Positions 28,645-36,661 are shown, counted from the first letter of the stretch. The stretch is DNA of 62,430 nt from a bacterium (GCA_030643545.1 DAOWLE010000005.1:1-62430), one strand, 5' to 3'. A program made the numbers and translations. Notes: a model not told the origin generated them from the sequence alone.

Positions 28645-28725
28645 TGTCATTCCTGCACAGACAGGAATCTACGCTTATCGTAACGCTTATTTCAATACTG
28701 GATTCCCGCCTACGCGGGAATGACA
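28645..28725. repeat. 81-bp MITE-like element with TGTCATTCC / GGAATGACA termini
   Basis: Two internal hairpins (ATTCCTG-cacaga-CAGGAAT; TTCCCGC-ctac-GCGGGAA). An inverted-orientation copy lies at 49249..49330. Confidence 0.75.
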
Positions 28726-28751
28726 GAGGAGCAAACGCACAAATTTTATGT

Positions 28752-30209
28752 TTACCCCAAAAACTTTCTCAAGTTTGCCGCTCTTAAAATACACTCTCTC
28801 AAATCTCTTGTTTCGTTTTTCTTTAATAATTTCAAAACATAATCTGTCAGCTCTTTATGTTCCGTATCAATTGTGGAATCCGCTGAAAATTTTTCAACCG
28901 TTACCTTAAGATCTTTTGGTAAAAATTCTGTATCCGGATTGAAATATTTTAATGCGTCTTTTAAATCATCATTAAAATGCGTATAAACTTTTTTAATAAA
29001 TTGCATATCGTCTTCGTTCAGCACGTTCAGCCCCAAAATTTCCGGTGGCAGCCCTATAGAATAAAGCGCGGCGGTAAATGTTATCGCTCTTGGCAAGCTA
29101 ATTTTTTCTACATTCCGTGAATAGCCGAAAAGTCCTATGTGCAGTTTTCTTTTTCTTTTGCTTGGAATATATTCGGCAATTTCGTTGATTATCGGCGCCA
29201 AAACCATTATTTGCTTCCTGTATTCCTGAGAATATTTTTTAATTATTTCCAAACACCTTTCTTCATCTATTTCTTGGGAATATCCGGTTTTTCTTTCCCG
29301 TATTTTTTTTACAGCTTCCCTAACTTCCTCAAGAGGATTGTCATATTTGAACGCGGATTGAATAGTAAATGTATGAGCGCTGGGATATCCTTCGGCGACC
29401 CTTTCCACTGTTTGCGGCCTTAGATTTCCTCTGAAAGGAGACGAACCCACGCCAATGATAGGATAAATTTTAACACCTATATTTTCTGACAATTTCTGCA
29501 ATTTCTGTAAAGCAATTTTGTTTAAAAGAACAGCGCTGATAAAACCGTAATTCATTGCCGGATCTGACCTTGCCAGAAAAACTCGTTGGTAATCCGTATT
29601 TTTATCTTTCAAATATTGCTGCGTTATTTTATCCGCGCTAAGCATATATTCCATATCTTCAAAGAGAGGTATAACATTAATTCTTTCAGGCCTGAATTCC
29701 CCGATCCATTTGGCGATTGTTATGTCTCCTTTTTCAAATGGTTTGTTTTGCTTTCCGGCGACAAAATCGCGATAATATTTATAAACTCTGTCAATGCATT
29801 TGTATGACGCGGTCATCGGCAGCACGACTTCAAATACCGGCGGCGTATCGTCTTGATAAAATAATTTTGCGGCGTCAAACGACCTGGGAATACTTTCCAA
29901 TGTCTCCAATAAAATTTTCGCTTCAGCTTTTTCTATCACCGGATTAGGCACTCTCAAAGTTATAAAAAGGTCTTTGCCTAATTTTTTGTTTCTGAAAAAA
30001 AATTCGTATTTTGTTAATAGTTTTTTGACTACATAATTATCAACTTCCTTGCCTTCGCAATCCCACATCTGCTCATCGCAGCCCAAATGAGAAAATGTAT
30101 AGTATGCTTCCTGTATTTCATCTTCTCCGCCGAGCTCCACATTTTCCGCAAAAAACGGAGAGCTTACATTATCAGGATGCTGAGTGCTCATACATCTTGG
30201 TATTTTCAT
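28752..30209 (-). CDS. archaeal-type phosphoenolpyruvate carboxylase
   Basis: N-terminal IPRCMSTQHPDN and ~485 aa length, as in the PepcA family. Confidence 0.85.
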   Translation of the reverse strand: MKIPRCMSTQHPDNVSSPFFAENVELGGEDEIQEAYYTFSHLGCDEQMWDCEGKEVDNYVVKKLLTKYEFFFRNKKLGKDLFITLRVPNPVIEKAEAKILLETLESIPRSFDAAKLFYQDDTPPVFEVVLPMTASYKCIDRVYKYYRDFVAGKQNKPFEKGDITIAKWIGEFRPERINVIPLFEDMEYMLSADKITQQYLKDKNTDYQRVFLARSDPAMNYGFISAVLLNKIALQKLQKLSENIGVKIYPIIGVGSSPFRGNLRPQTVERVAEGYPSAHTFTIQSAFKYDNPLEEVREAVKKIRERKTGYSQEIDEERCLEIIKKYSQEYRKQIMVLAPIINEIAEYIPSKRKRKLHIGLFGYSRNVEKISLPRAITFTAALYSIGLPPEILGLNVLNEDDMQFIKKVYTHFNDDLKDALKYFNPDTEFLPKDLKVTVEKFSADSTIDTEHKELTDYVLKLLKKNETRDLRECILRAANLRKFLG

Positions 30210-30298
30210 AAAATTAAAATAAGATAAATTTATATTTTAAGTTCGTTCATATTTCTAATTTTTCTATTTCAAAATCTCGTTTTATAATTTTCACCATA

Positions 30299-30649
30299 TT
30301 ACATCTTATTGCTTCCTCTAATATTATCAATAATCTTGGTAATATCTCCGCTTGCTTTCCAAAATGTGACAGAAGTTTCATCAAATGGATTTGCATGTAT
30401 ATGGGATTTAAGCGGCTGAATATCAATAGACTGTCCCTCCTCCAAAATAACTTCTTTTATTATTTTTTCATCTTCAAAAAATTTTATCACACATTTTCCT
30501 TTTAATTGAAACAAGGATTCTAAAACAGGCCTATTATGTTTTGCTAATTCTTGCTGTGGATTAATTTCTAAAGTTCCGACACTTAAATTTTTATCAGAAA
30601 AAGCAATCATAATATTACCTTGCTCTAAATCATATTTTTCGAAATTCAT
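30299..30649 (-). CDS. small cupin-like hypothetical protein
   Basis: 116 aa, beta-rich, H.H-type segment (LKSHIHANP). Weak call. Confidence 0.35.
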   Translation of the reverse strand: MNFEKYDLEQGNIMIAFSDKNLSVGTLEINPQQELAKHNRPVLESLFQLKGKCVIKFFEDEKIIKEVILEEGQSIDIQPLKSHIHANPFDETSVTFWKASGDITKIIDNIRGSNKM

Positions 30650-30700
30650 AATGTTGTAATTATATTTAATTTAAATAATTTATTTCAAAATCTTAAATCT

Positions 30701-31222
30701 TTACCCAAGAAATAATTTTTTGTAATTGAATCTTTTCAAATCATTTTCAATGTTTTCATATTTTTTCCCACAGATCATTCCTCCGGCGAGAAAAACTTCC
30801 TGAGTAACATCTGCAAGGCAAAAATCAGGCATTTTAAAATTATCTTTTTCTTCAATGGTCGCGAATTCAAAATCTATCGCGACAAGACCTTTTAAGAAAT
30901 CTTGAAAAATACCTATCTCCGCTATTCTTCCGTTGTAATCATAATAATATCTTATTTTGCGGACTTTTTTTCCGTCAAGTTTTTGAAAAACGTTAAATTC
31001 ATCTTCAGTTAAAATTATTGTTTGCTCTTCCTGCCGAGAAGCGTCTCCGTCATTAACTGGTTTTTTCTTTGTCGCTTCAAATTTATTTCCGTTTTTTCTG
31101 ATTCTTAATTTTGGATGTTCGCTTGATTTCGGAATGTAAATGTCAATAATTTCCTTAAATTCACAATTTTCCAATCCTTTTGGAAGTTCTTTCGCTAAAT
31201 AAGTTTTTTCTAATTCAATCAT
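30701..31222 (-). CDS. CYTH-domain (triphosphate tunnel metalloenzyme) protein
   Basis: N-terminal ExExK (IELEKTY). 173 aa. Confidence 0.65.
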   Translation of the reverse strand: MIELEKTYLAKELPKGLENCEFKEIIDIYIPKSSEHPKLRIRKNGNKFEATKKKPVNDGDASRQEEQTIILTEDEFNVFQKLDGKKVRKIRYYYDYNGRIAEIGIFQDFLKGLVAIDFEFATIEEKDNFKMPDFCLADVTQEVFLAGGMICGKKYENIENDLKRFNYKKLFLG

Positions 31223-31240
31223 AATATTTGAGATTAAGAT

Positions 31241-31855
31241 TTATTTTTGCAGAAAATTTTTTTCAATAATATATTCCCATCCGGGTTGCCATAATTTCTT
31301 TTTTCTCCAATCCTCATCAATAGCTTGTTTCCAAGTTTTATTTTTTGACAAAACATCTAAAGCCAATTGCGGCGCCTGATGAGCAACAATCGCAATATGT
31401 TTGCTGTCATATTTTTCTTTTAAAAATTCAAGAAAACTATTAATTCTTTTTTCAACGTCTTGATAACTTTCGCCGCTTGGAAATTTAACATCAATATAAT
31501 CAATTAAATTATCTTTAAATTCTTTTGCTGGTTTTCCGGCAAAATCACCGTAATCACATTCTCTTAATCTTTCATCCTGGATTATTTTGTATTTGCCGGC
31601 AAATCCTAATTCAGCAGAATCAACCGCTCTTTTTAAATCAGAACAAAAAACAATATCAAAGTTTTTATCAGAAACAAGTTTGCCTAATTCTTTGGCTTGA
31701 GAAATTCCTAATTCAGATAACTCGCCCGGCAGGCAGCCAGTAGCCAATCCATTTTCATTGTCTGTTGTTGTTCCGTGGACAAAATAAGTAATTTTGATTG
31801 GCATAGAATTTGTTAAAGTTAAAATATTTGAAAATTTTTCATTTTTCACTTTCAA
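31241..31855 (-). CDS. histidine phosphatase (phosphoglycerate mutase-like) family protein
   Basis: ITYFVHGTTTDN (RHG-type motif with V for R), SDLKRA, IVAHQA second His. Confidence 0.65.
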   Translation of the reverse strand: MKVKNEKFSNILTLTNSMPIKITYFVHGTTTDNENGLATGCLPGELSELGISQAKELGKLVSDKNFDIVFCSDLKRAVDSAELGFAGKYKIIQDERLRECDYGDFAGKPAKEFKDNLIDYIDVKFPSGESYQDVEKRINSFLEFLKEKYDSKHIAIVAHQAPQLALDVLSKNKTWKQAIDEDWRKKKLWQPGWEYIIEKNFLQK

Positions 31856-31869
31856 TTTTTCATTTTCGT

Positions 31870-33399
31870 TTATCTCGCATATTCAACTGTCCTTGTTTCC
31901 CGAATGACATGAATTTTAATTTCTCCCGGATATTCTAAATCCTGTTCAACCTTATCGGCGATTTTTTTGGAAAGTTTAATCGCTCCCAAATCGTCAATTT
32001 TTTCCGGTTTAACAAAAATTCTGATTTCCCGTCCGCCCTGAATGGCGTAGCTTTTATTAACCTCGTCAAAAGAATCAGCAATCTTTTCCAATTCCTTGAG
32101 CCGCTTGAGATAATTTTCCAAATTATCTTTTCTTGCGCCAGGCCTTGAAGCGGAAAGCGCGTCTGCCACAGCAATAATAATCGCTTCGTTGGATTCAAAA
32201 GGATATTCTTCGTGATGTGGCCTCATTGTTTTGATCACTTCTTCAGAGATACCAAATTTTTGGAGAATGCTGATTCCAATATCAACATGCCCGCCCTCAA
32301 CTTGATGGCTTACGGATTTTCCAATGTCATGAAGAAGCCCGGCTTTTTTTACCAAAGCAACATCAGCGCCTAATTCCGAAGCCAAAGCGCCGGCCAAGTG
32401 GGCTACTTCTATTGAATGAATTAAAACATTTTGTCCGTAACTTGTTCGGAAAGTGAGCCGCCCGAGAATTTGAATTAATTTTGGAGGAAGTCCGGCAACG
32501 CCGACATCATAACAAGCGGCTTCGCCAGCTTCTTTAATTTTACTGGCTACTTTTTCTTTTGCTTCTTTAATCATATCTTCAATTCTCGCCGGATGAATTC
32601 TTCCATCGCTGATTAATTTTTCCAAAGCCATTTTAGCCACTTGCCGCCTGGCCGGATCAAAACTGGAAACGACAATTGCTTCCGGAGTGTCGTCAATAAT
32701 TATTTCAGCTCCGGTCGCTTTTTCCAAAGTTTTAATATTTCTTCCTTCACGGCCGATAATTCTTCCTTTCAATTCATCCGAAGGAAGACTGACTACCGAA
32801 GTTGTTGATTCAACCGCCTGAGAAGAAGCATACTTTTGCATCGCTAATACCATTAAATCGCACGCCTTTTTGTCCAACTCATCGCTTTCTTCTTCTTCCA
32901 TCCGCTTCATTTTTTGAACTAATTCATTTTTGTATTTTTCTTCAGACATTTTCAAAAGCAAATTTTTCGCCTCTTCATAAGAAAGTTTGGCGATTTTTTG
33001 CAATTTTTCAGATTGTTCTGTTTTGACTTGTTCTACTTCTTCTTTAATGTCTTTAATTTCCTGGGCTTTTTGGAGAAGATTATTTTGAGCACTTTCTAAT
33101 TCTTCGGATTTTTTTTCTAAATTTTCGTCTTTTTTTTCAAGCCGCTCTTCCATTCTGACAAGCTGGCCGTGGCGTTCCTGTTCTTGTTTTTTGCTTTCTT
33201 CCAAGATTTCAACCGATTTGTCTTTTGCCACTAAAAGCATTTCTTTCGCTTTGTCTTTAGCGTCGTTAAGAATCTTAGCCATTTTTGATTCAGCCGTGTC
33301 AATTTGCTTGCTGGCGATTGTCTGGCGAGTGAAATATCCTAAAACCGCTCCGCCAGAAAGAGCAAGCAGGATTAAAAAAAGCATTGTTGTAATTTCCAT
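31870..33399 (-). CDS. rny: ribonuclease Y
   Basis: N-terminal TM, coiled coil, KH (GRIIGREGRNIKTLE), HD (LLHDIGK). Confidence 0.92.
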   Translation of the reverse strand: MEITTMLFLILLALSGGAVLGYFTRQTIASKQIDTAESKMAKILNDAKDKAKEMLLVAKDKSVEILEESKKQEQERHGQLVRMEERLEKKDENLEKKSEELESAQNNLLQKAQEIKDIKEEVEQVKTEQSEKLQKIAKLSYEEAKNLLLKMSEEKYKNELVQKMKRMEEEESDELDKKACDLMVLAMQKYASSQAVESTTSVVSLPSDELKGRIIGREGRNIKTLEKATGAEIIIDDTPEAIVVSSFDPARRQVAKMALEKLISDGRIHPARIEDMIKEAKEKVASKIKEAGEAACYDVGVAGLPPKLIQILGRLTFRTSYGQNVLIHSIEVAHLAGALASELGADVALVKKAGLLHDIGKSVSHQVEGGHVDIGISILQKFGISEEVIKTMRPHHEEYPFESNEAIIIAVADALSASRPGARKDNLENYLKRLKELEKIADSFDEVNKSYAIQGGREIRIFVKPEKIDDLGAIKLSKKIADKVEQDLEYPGEIKIHVIRETRTVEYAR

Positions 33400-33706
33400 T
33401 TTTTACCTCACAAAATAGATCAGTTATATTGGATTTTATTTGATTTGAATTTAACCGCTGAAATAAAATTTTTTTAACAAAAAAGTATTGATTGTTAATT
33501 TTATAATTTTTCCATAACATTAATTTTGCGTTATCTTATAATTACTGCCTGTTTCTGCAAATAAATCTAATAAAACTAATCAAATTAAACTAATAATAAT
33601 TTACCGACTATTTTTAGTTTAACAAATATGTCAAGATTTGTCAAAACATTGCTGATGCCGGTAAAAAGATGAAATGTTTTTAAAAATAAAAAAACCTCGT
33701 CAGAAC

Positions 33707-33735
33707 TTGACAAAGCTTAAAAAAAATAGTATGGT
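33707..33735 (+). promoter_or_regulatory. candidate sigma70 promoter (TTGACA-17-TATGGT)
   Basis: Read directly. Would start a plus-strand RNA at ~33742, just before the structured core. Confidence 0.35.
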
Positions 33736-33737
33736 TG

Positions 33738-33878
33738 GGAGGCACTGATGCCTCCTGTTAATAATATTATATGAGGTCAGCGCCCCCCGGACCGCGATAT
33801 CAGTCTTCCTAGCCCGGGTGAGAGGCATGACCTCTGTATCTTTAGATGTCTTTAAATTAAAGGCACCTAAAGATACAG
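33738..33878. other. GC-rich structured non-coding core (three consecutive strong hairpins), class unknown
   Basis: GGAGGCA/TGCCTCC (33738-33755). GAGGTCA...TGACCTC enclosing CCCGG/CCGGG (33773-33834). CTGTATCTTTAG/CTAAAGATACAG (33834-33878). Confidence 0.4.
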
Positions 33879-34141
33879 AGGGTTCAGAAAACATTTTGAA
33901 TACCGTAGTCTTTGAACAGAAAAAATCTGTTCCTCCTTTTACCGTATAAACGTACTACTGAAATGTGCTGTTTTTGTTTTTCAGTACAAGTAATTTTTTT
34001 ATTTTTATTTTACTTTTTTTGTTTTTGTTTTTGTTAAGTACGATTTACTCAGTAAAAGGAAATTTCCCGCAAATAAATATCATTTGTGAAGAATTTTCTT
34101 CCACTTGAATTTCTTTTTTATATTTTCATCTTAACACTTTT

Positions 34142-34170
34142 AGTATATCACCTATTTTTCTGTTTGTCAA
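34142..34170 (-). promoter_or_regulatory. candidate sigma70 promoter (TTGACA-17-TATACT on minus strand)
   Basis: Read directly. Would drive a long minus-strand leader/ncRNA towards rny. Confidence 0.4.
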
Positions 34171-34221
34171 TACTAAGGTTTGAAATTCCGCTTATTTAAA
34201 AGGGAAAACGGGATTTATTTT

Positions 34222-34259
34222 AAAAAATAGCTCTTAAAATATTTTAAGGGCTGTTTTTT
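34222..34259. terminator. rpsA terminator hairpin (bidirectional form)
   Basis: AGCTCTTAAAAT|ATTTTAAGGGCT flanked by A6 and T6. Confidence 0.6.
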
Positions 34260-34287
34260 ATCCACACTTATTCACAAGTTATCCACT
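34258..34287 (+). promoter_or_regulatory. three tightly spaced DnaA boxes
   Basis: TTATCCACA (9/9), TTATTCACA (8/9), TTATCCACT (8/9), same orientation, 1-2 nt apart. Confidence 0.7.
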
Positions 34288-34288
34288 T

Positions 34289-35374
34289 TTAAGCCAAAGC
34301 AAGCCCTAATCTGTGTTCTTTTGGCTCAAAAGAAAGTATTTTAAATTTATATTCTTTATTTACTTCAAGCGATTCTCCTTTTTCTTCATCTTTTTTGATT
34401 TCAGAAATATGAACTAATCCGTGTACATATTCATCCAATTGGACAAAAGCGCCAAATTGGTTAATTTTAGTTATTTTACCCTCAACTTTTTGCCCGACTT
34501 TATATTTATCGCCTGCTTTTTCCCATGGATCTTTTTGCAAAGCCCTTAAACTTAATGAAATTTTTGATCCAGTGATATCAATAATTTTTACTTTAACTTT
34601 TTCGCCGACTTTAACAACATCATTAGGATTATCAATCAATTTCCAGTCCAATTCAGAAATATGAACTAACCCTTCCAAATCATCGCCAAATCCCACAAAA
34701 GCGCCAAAATCAACAATTCCTTTAATAACGCCTTCAACGACATCGCCGACCTTGAATTTACTAATACATTCTTTTGTTTTATCTTCTTCAACGGCTTTTT
34801 CTGAAAGGATCAGTTTTTCTCCCTTTTTGTCTATGTCAATAATTTTAACTTTAAACATTTGATTAATATAATTTCTAAGAATGCTTAAAATCTTGTCTCT
34901 GTCTCCGTTTTTTACTCGCGGATAATGCTGGCGCGTCAAATGGGAAACCGGCAAAAAACCAAATATGCCGTTTATTTCAACAATTAATCCGCCCCTGTTA
35001 GCGTCTAATATTTTTGTCGTAAGAATATCTCCGTTTTTCATATTATCTTTCAAGTTTTGCCAAACTTTATCATAAGACGCTTCCCGCAAAGAAAGCTCTA
35101 CATAACCGTCTTCATTTTCCTGTTCTAAAACAGTGGCGGTTATCTTATCGCCTATTTTTAAGTTTTGCGCGGTTCCCAGTCCGTCATTAAGTTCGCGAGC
35201 CATTACAATTCCCGCGCCAACCGGACCAATGTCTATTAAAAGATTATTTGTGCCGATTGACAAAACATTGCCTTCAATTTTTTCGCCGACTTTAGGCAGG
35301 CGAAAAAGATCCTTTGATTCATTAAAGGCCTTTTTCATTTGAGGCGATTTTTTATCGTCTGTTTTTATTGCCAT
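34289..35374 (-). CDS. rpsA: 30S ribosomal protein S1 (four S1 domains)
   Basis: Four repeats of the S1/OB pattern G..V.G.V..I..FGAFV. Confidence 0.75.
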   Translation of the reverse strand: MAIKTDDKKSPQMKKAFNESKDLFRLPKVGEKIEGNVLSIGTNNLLIDIGPVGAGIVMARELNDGLGTAQNLKIGDKITATVLEQENEDGYVELSLREASYDKVWQNLKDNMKNGDILTTKILDANRGGLIVEINGIFGFLPVSHLTRQHYPRVKNGDRDKILSILRNYINQMFKVKIIDIDKKGEKLILSEKAVEEDKTKECISKFKVGDVVEGVIKGIVDFGAFVGFGDDLEGLVHISELDWKLIDNPNDVVKVGEKVKVKIIDITGSKISLSLRALQKDPWEKAGDKYKVGQKVEGKITKINQFGAFVQLDEYVHGLVHISEIKKDEEKGESLEVNKEYKFKILSFEPKEHRLGLALA

Positions 35375-35406
35375 TGTTTATAATTTAATTTCATTTTTAC
35401 TTTTTC

Positions 35407-35435
35407 AGTATAAAACAATTTTTAAAATTTAGCAA
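35407..35435 (-). promoter_or_regulatory. candidate rpsA promoter (TTGCTA-17-TATACT)
   Basis: Read directly on the minus strand, ~30 nt upstream of the rpsA ATG. Confidence 0.45.
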
Positions 35436-35500
35436 GCTCATCCTAAAACTTTAAAAAAAGTATGTTAAAAATAAGGCGTAAAATAAAGATATTTTGACTC

Positions 35501-35529
35501 TTGACAAACCTTTTATTTTATGCTACAAT
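35501..35529 (+). promoter_or_regulatory. near-consensus promoter P1 (TTGACA-17-TACAAT with TG extension)
   Basis: cTTGACAaaccttttattttaTGcTACAATg. Confidence 0.6.
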
Positions 35530-35570
35530 GTAAGATAAAATAAAAAGATAAATAAATTTAGGAATTGGAC

Positions 35571-35599
35571 TTGACAAGATTTTCAATCTGTGCTATAGT
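35571..35599 (+). promoter_or_regulatory. near-consensus promoter P2 (TTGACA-17-TATAGT with TG extension)
   Basis: cTTGACAagattttcaatctgTGcTATAGTg. About 55 bp around it duplicate P1, including the first ~20 transcribed nt (GTARRATAAAATAAAA). Confidence 0.6.
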
Positions 35600-35703
35600 G
35601 TAGAATAAAATAAAAGACAAAAACTTCTTTTAAAAAATAATTTAGAAATATAAAGAAGAGAGAGCTTTATATATTTATGTAATTATTGTTTTTATAATTA
35701 ATT

Positions 35704-35772
35704 ATAGGCGGCTCTCTCCCGCCCGCAATAATTCCCAAAAGGGATTTAGGCGGGCAAAGAGCCGCCTATTTT
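35704..35772 (+). terminator. long interrupted hairpin plus T-rich tail (terminator or end of an sRNA)
   Basis: ATAGGCGGCTCT-ctc-CCGCC ... GGCGG-gca-AAGAGCCGCCTAT followed by TTTAATTT. Confidence 0.5.
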
Positions 35773-36013
35773 AATTTAGTACTTTGTCAGAGAGAAATAT
35801 GGAGAGGATACCCCGAAGCAATTTTTTGGAAATGCTACAGGGCAAGGAAAAATTTATCCTGAATTAGTGGAGCCGGTGGAAACAAATGCCGCGGGCAAAA
35901 ATTATAAAAAAGATTTTTGCCGATACTGCCTTAATTTTGAAATAAAATAATTCTTCTTCATTTTTCTCTTTAACAAAAAAAAGAGATAGCACATTTAAAA
36001 ACCCCAATTAGAT

Positions 36014-36275
36014 ATGCACTATCTAAACAGGGTAAAAAAGGGAAAGAGAGAAAAATTGCTTCATTGCTAAATAGAAATATTCTCCTAATGAATTAAGGTT
36101 CTAAAATATTTTGGAATTTTGGTTCATTATGGAGAATGGTTTCTCTGTAATAGTTGCAGATTTGTCTATCAAAACAAGGGTGGTCTTATAAGACCATAGG
36201 AGAATGAAAAAAAATGGTAGACGGAAATGTAGTAAGCCTGGTCGGGGGCGAAACCGGTAGTAGTATTCGCGGGCG
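36014..36275 (+). repeat. cassette 5' leader repeat, copy 1 (extends ~60 nt into ORF A)
   Basis: Aligns with 37641..37885, roughly 85-90% identical by eye with a few indels. Confidence 0.85.
36079..36213 (+). promoter_or_regulatory. candidate translational RNA switch, copy 1
   Basis: AUUCUCCUA (36079-87) can pair with decoy UUCAUUAUGGAGAAU (36123-37) or with SD UAGGAGAAU (36197-205). Hairpin TGGTCTTATAAGACCA (36181-96) abuts the SD. Confidence 0.5.
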
Positions 36276-36660
36276 AATGGATTTTGCTCGCATGGAGGCG
36301 GAGAACTTTAAACTTGATCCGCAAGAAATGGAGCGGGTTGAAAAATTGCGAGAGGAAACATCCGGAGTGTATAGTGTTGTTCGATACCCACTTCAAACAA
36401 AGTGGGGAGTAGTCACAGTTGTCAAAATGGAAGCGTATAATGCTTTCGGAGATTACACCGATTATTGGGTGGAATCCGAAGACAAAAACGCTTTAAGAGA
36501 TATTCTGGAGTGGCAAGCAAAGAAGCAGTTAGTAACAAAACCGCAAGAGATTGAAAAGGCCCGTGAGTATATTCCATTGAATCCAGAAAACGGTATGTGG
36601 TATGTATCGTTTTTATGGAAAGGCGAATTCGAGAAATTTGTTGAGGAGGTGAGCGAATAA
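36214..36660 (+). CDS. hypothetical protein A (cassette 1)
   Basis: 148 aa. AGGAGA 10 nt upstream. N-terminal ~19 aa homologous to ORF C. No motif recognised. Confidence 0.55.
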   Translation: MVDGNVVSLVGGETGSSIRGRMDFARMEAENFKLDPQEMERVEKLREETSGVYSVVRYPLQTKWGVVTVVKMEAYNAFGDYTDYWVESEDKNALRDILEWQAKKQLVTKPQEIEKAREYIPLNPENGMWYVSFLWKGEFEKFVEEVSE

Positions 36661-36661
36661 G

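Noticed and set aside
33738-33878. Identification of the structured core as SRP RNA, RNase P RNA, tmRNA or a known riboswitch
   Set aside because: I could not find the invariant strings of these families on either strand. Only a vague GGAAGACUG / GGUCAxxCC resemblance to SRP helix 8 was seen, so it is left unclassified.
33700-33894. 64-aa minus-strand ORF in the rpsA-rny gap
   Set aside because: The nearest AAAGGAGG is ~35 nt upstream of the ATG. The ORF runs straight through three strong hairpins, and its composition is dictated by the stems.
33960-34290. Calling this interval the chromosomal origin (oriC)
   Set aside because: There are only three boxes, with no dnaA/dnaN nearby. Gene orientation to the right would be head-on, and the strand switch is at ~42.9 kb. 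It is kept as a finding to test, not annotated as oriC.
36056-36083. TTGCTT-16-TATTCT as the cassette promoter (also 37670-37697)
   Set aside because: The -10 element is weak and it overlaps the anti-SD element. It is not annotated as a feature, but it is flagged as the main caveat for the RNA-switch model.
36129-36191. 20-codon uORF starting in the decoy ATGGAGAAT of leader copy 1
   Set aside because: The equivalent ATG in copy 2 (37745) is thrown into another frame by a 1-nt indel, so the peptide is not conserved. The conservation is better explained at RNA level.
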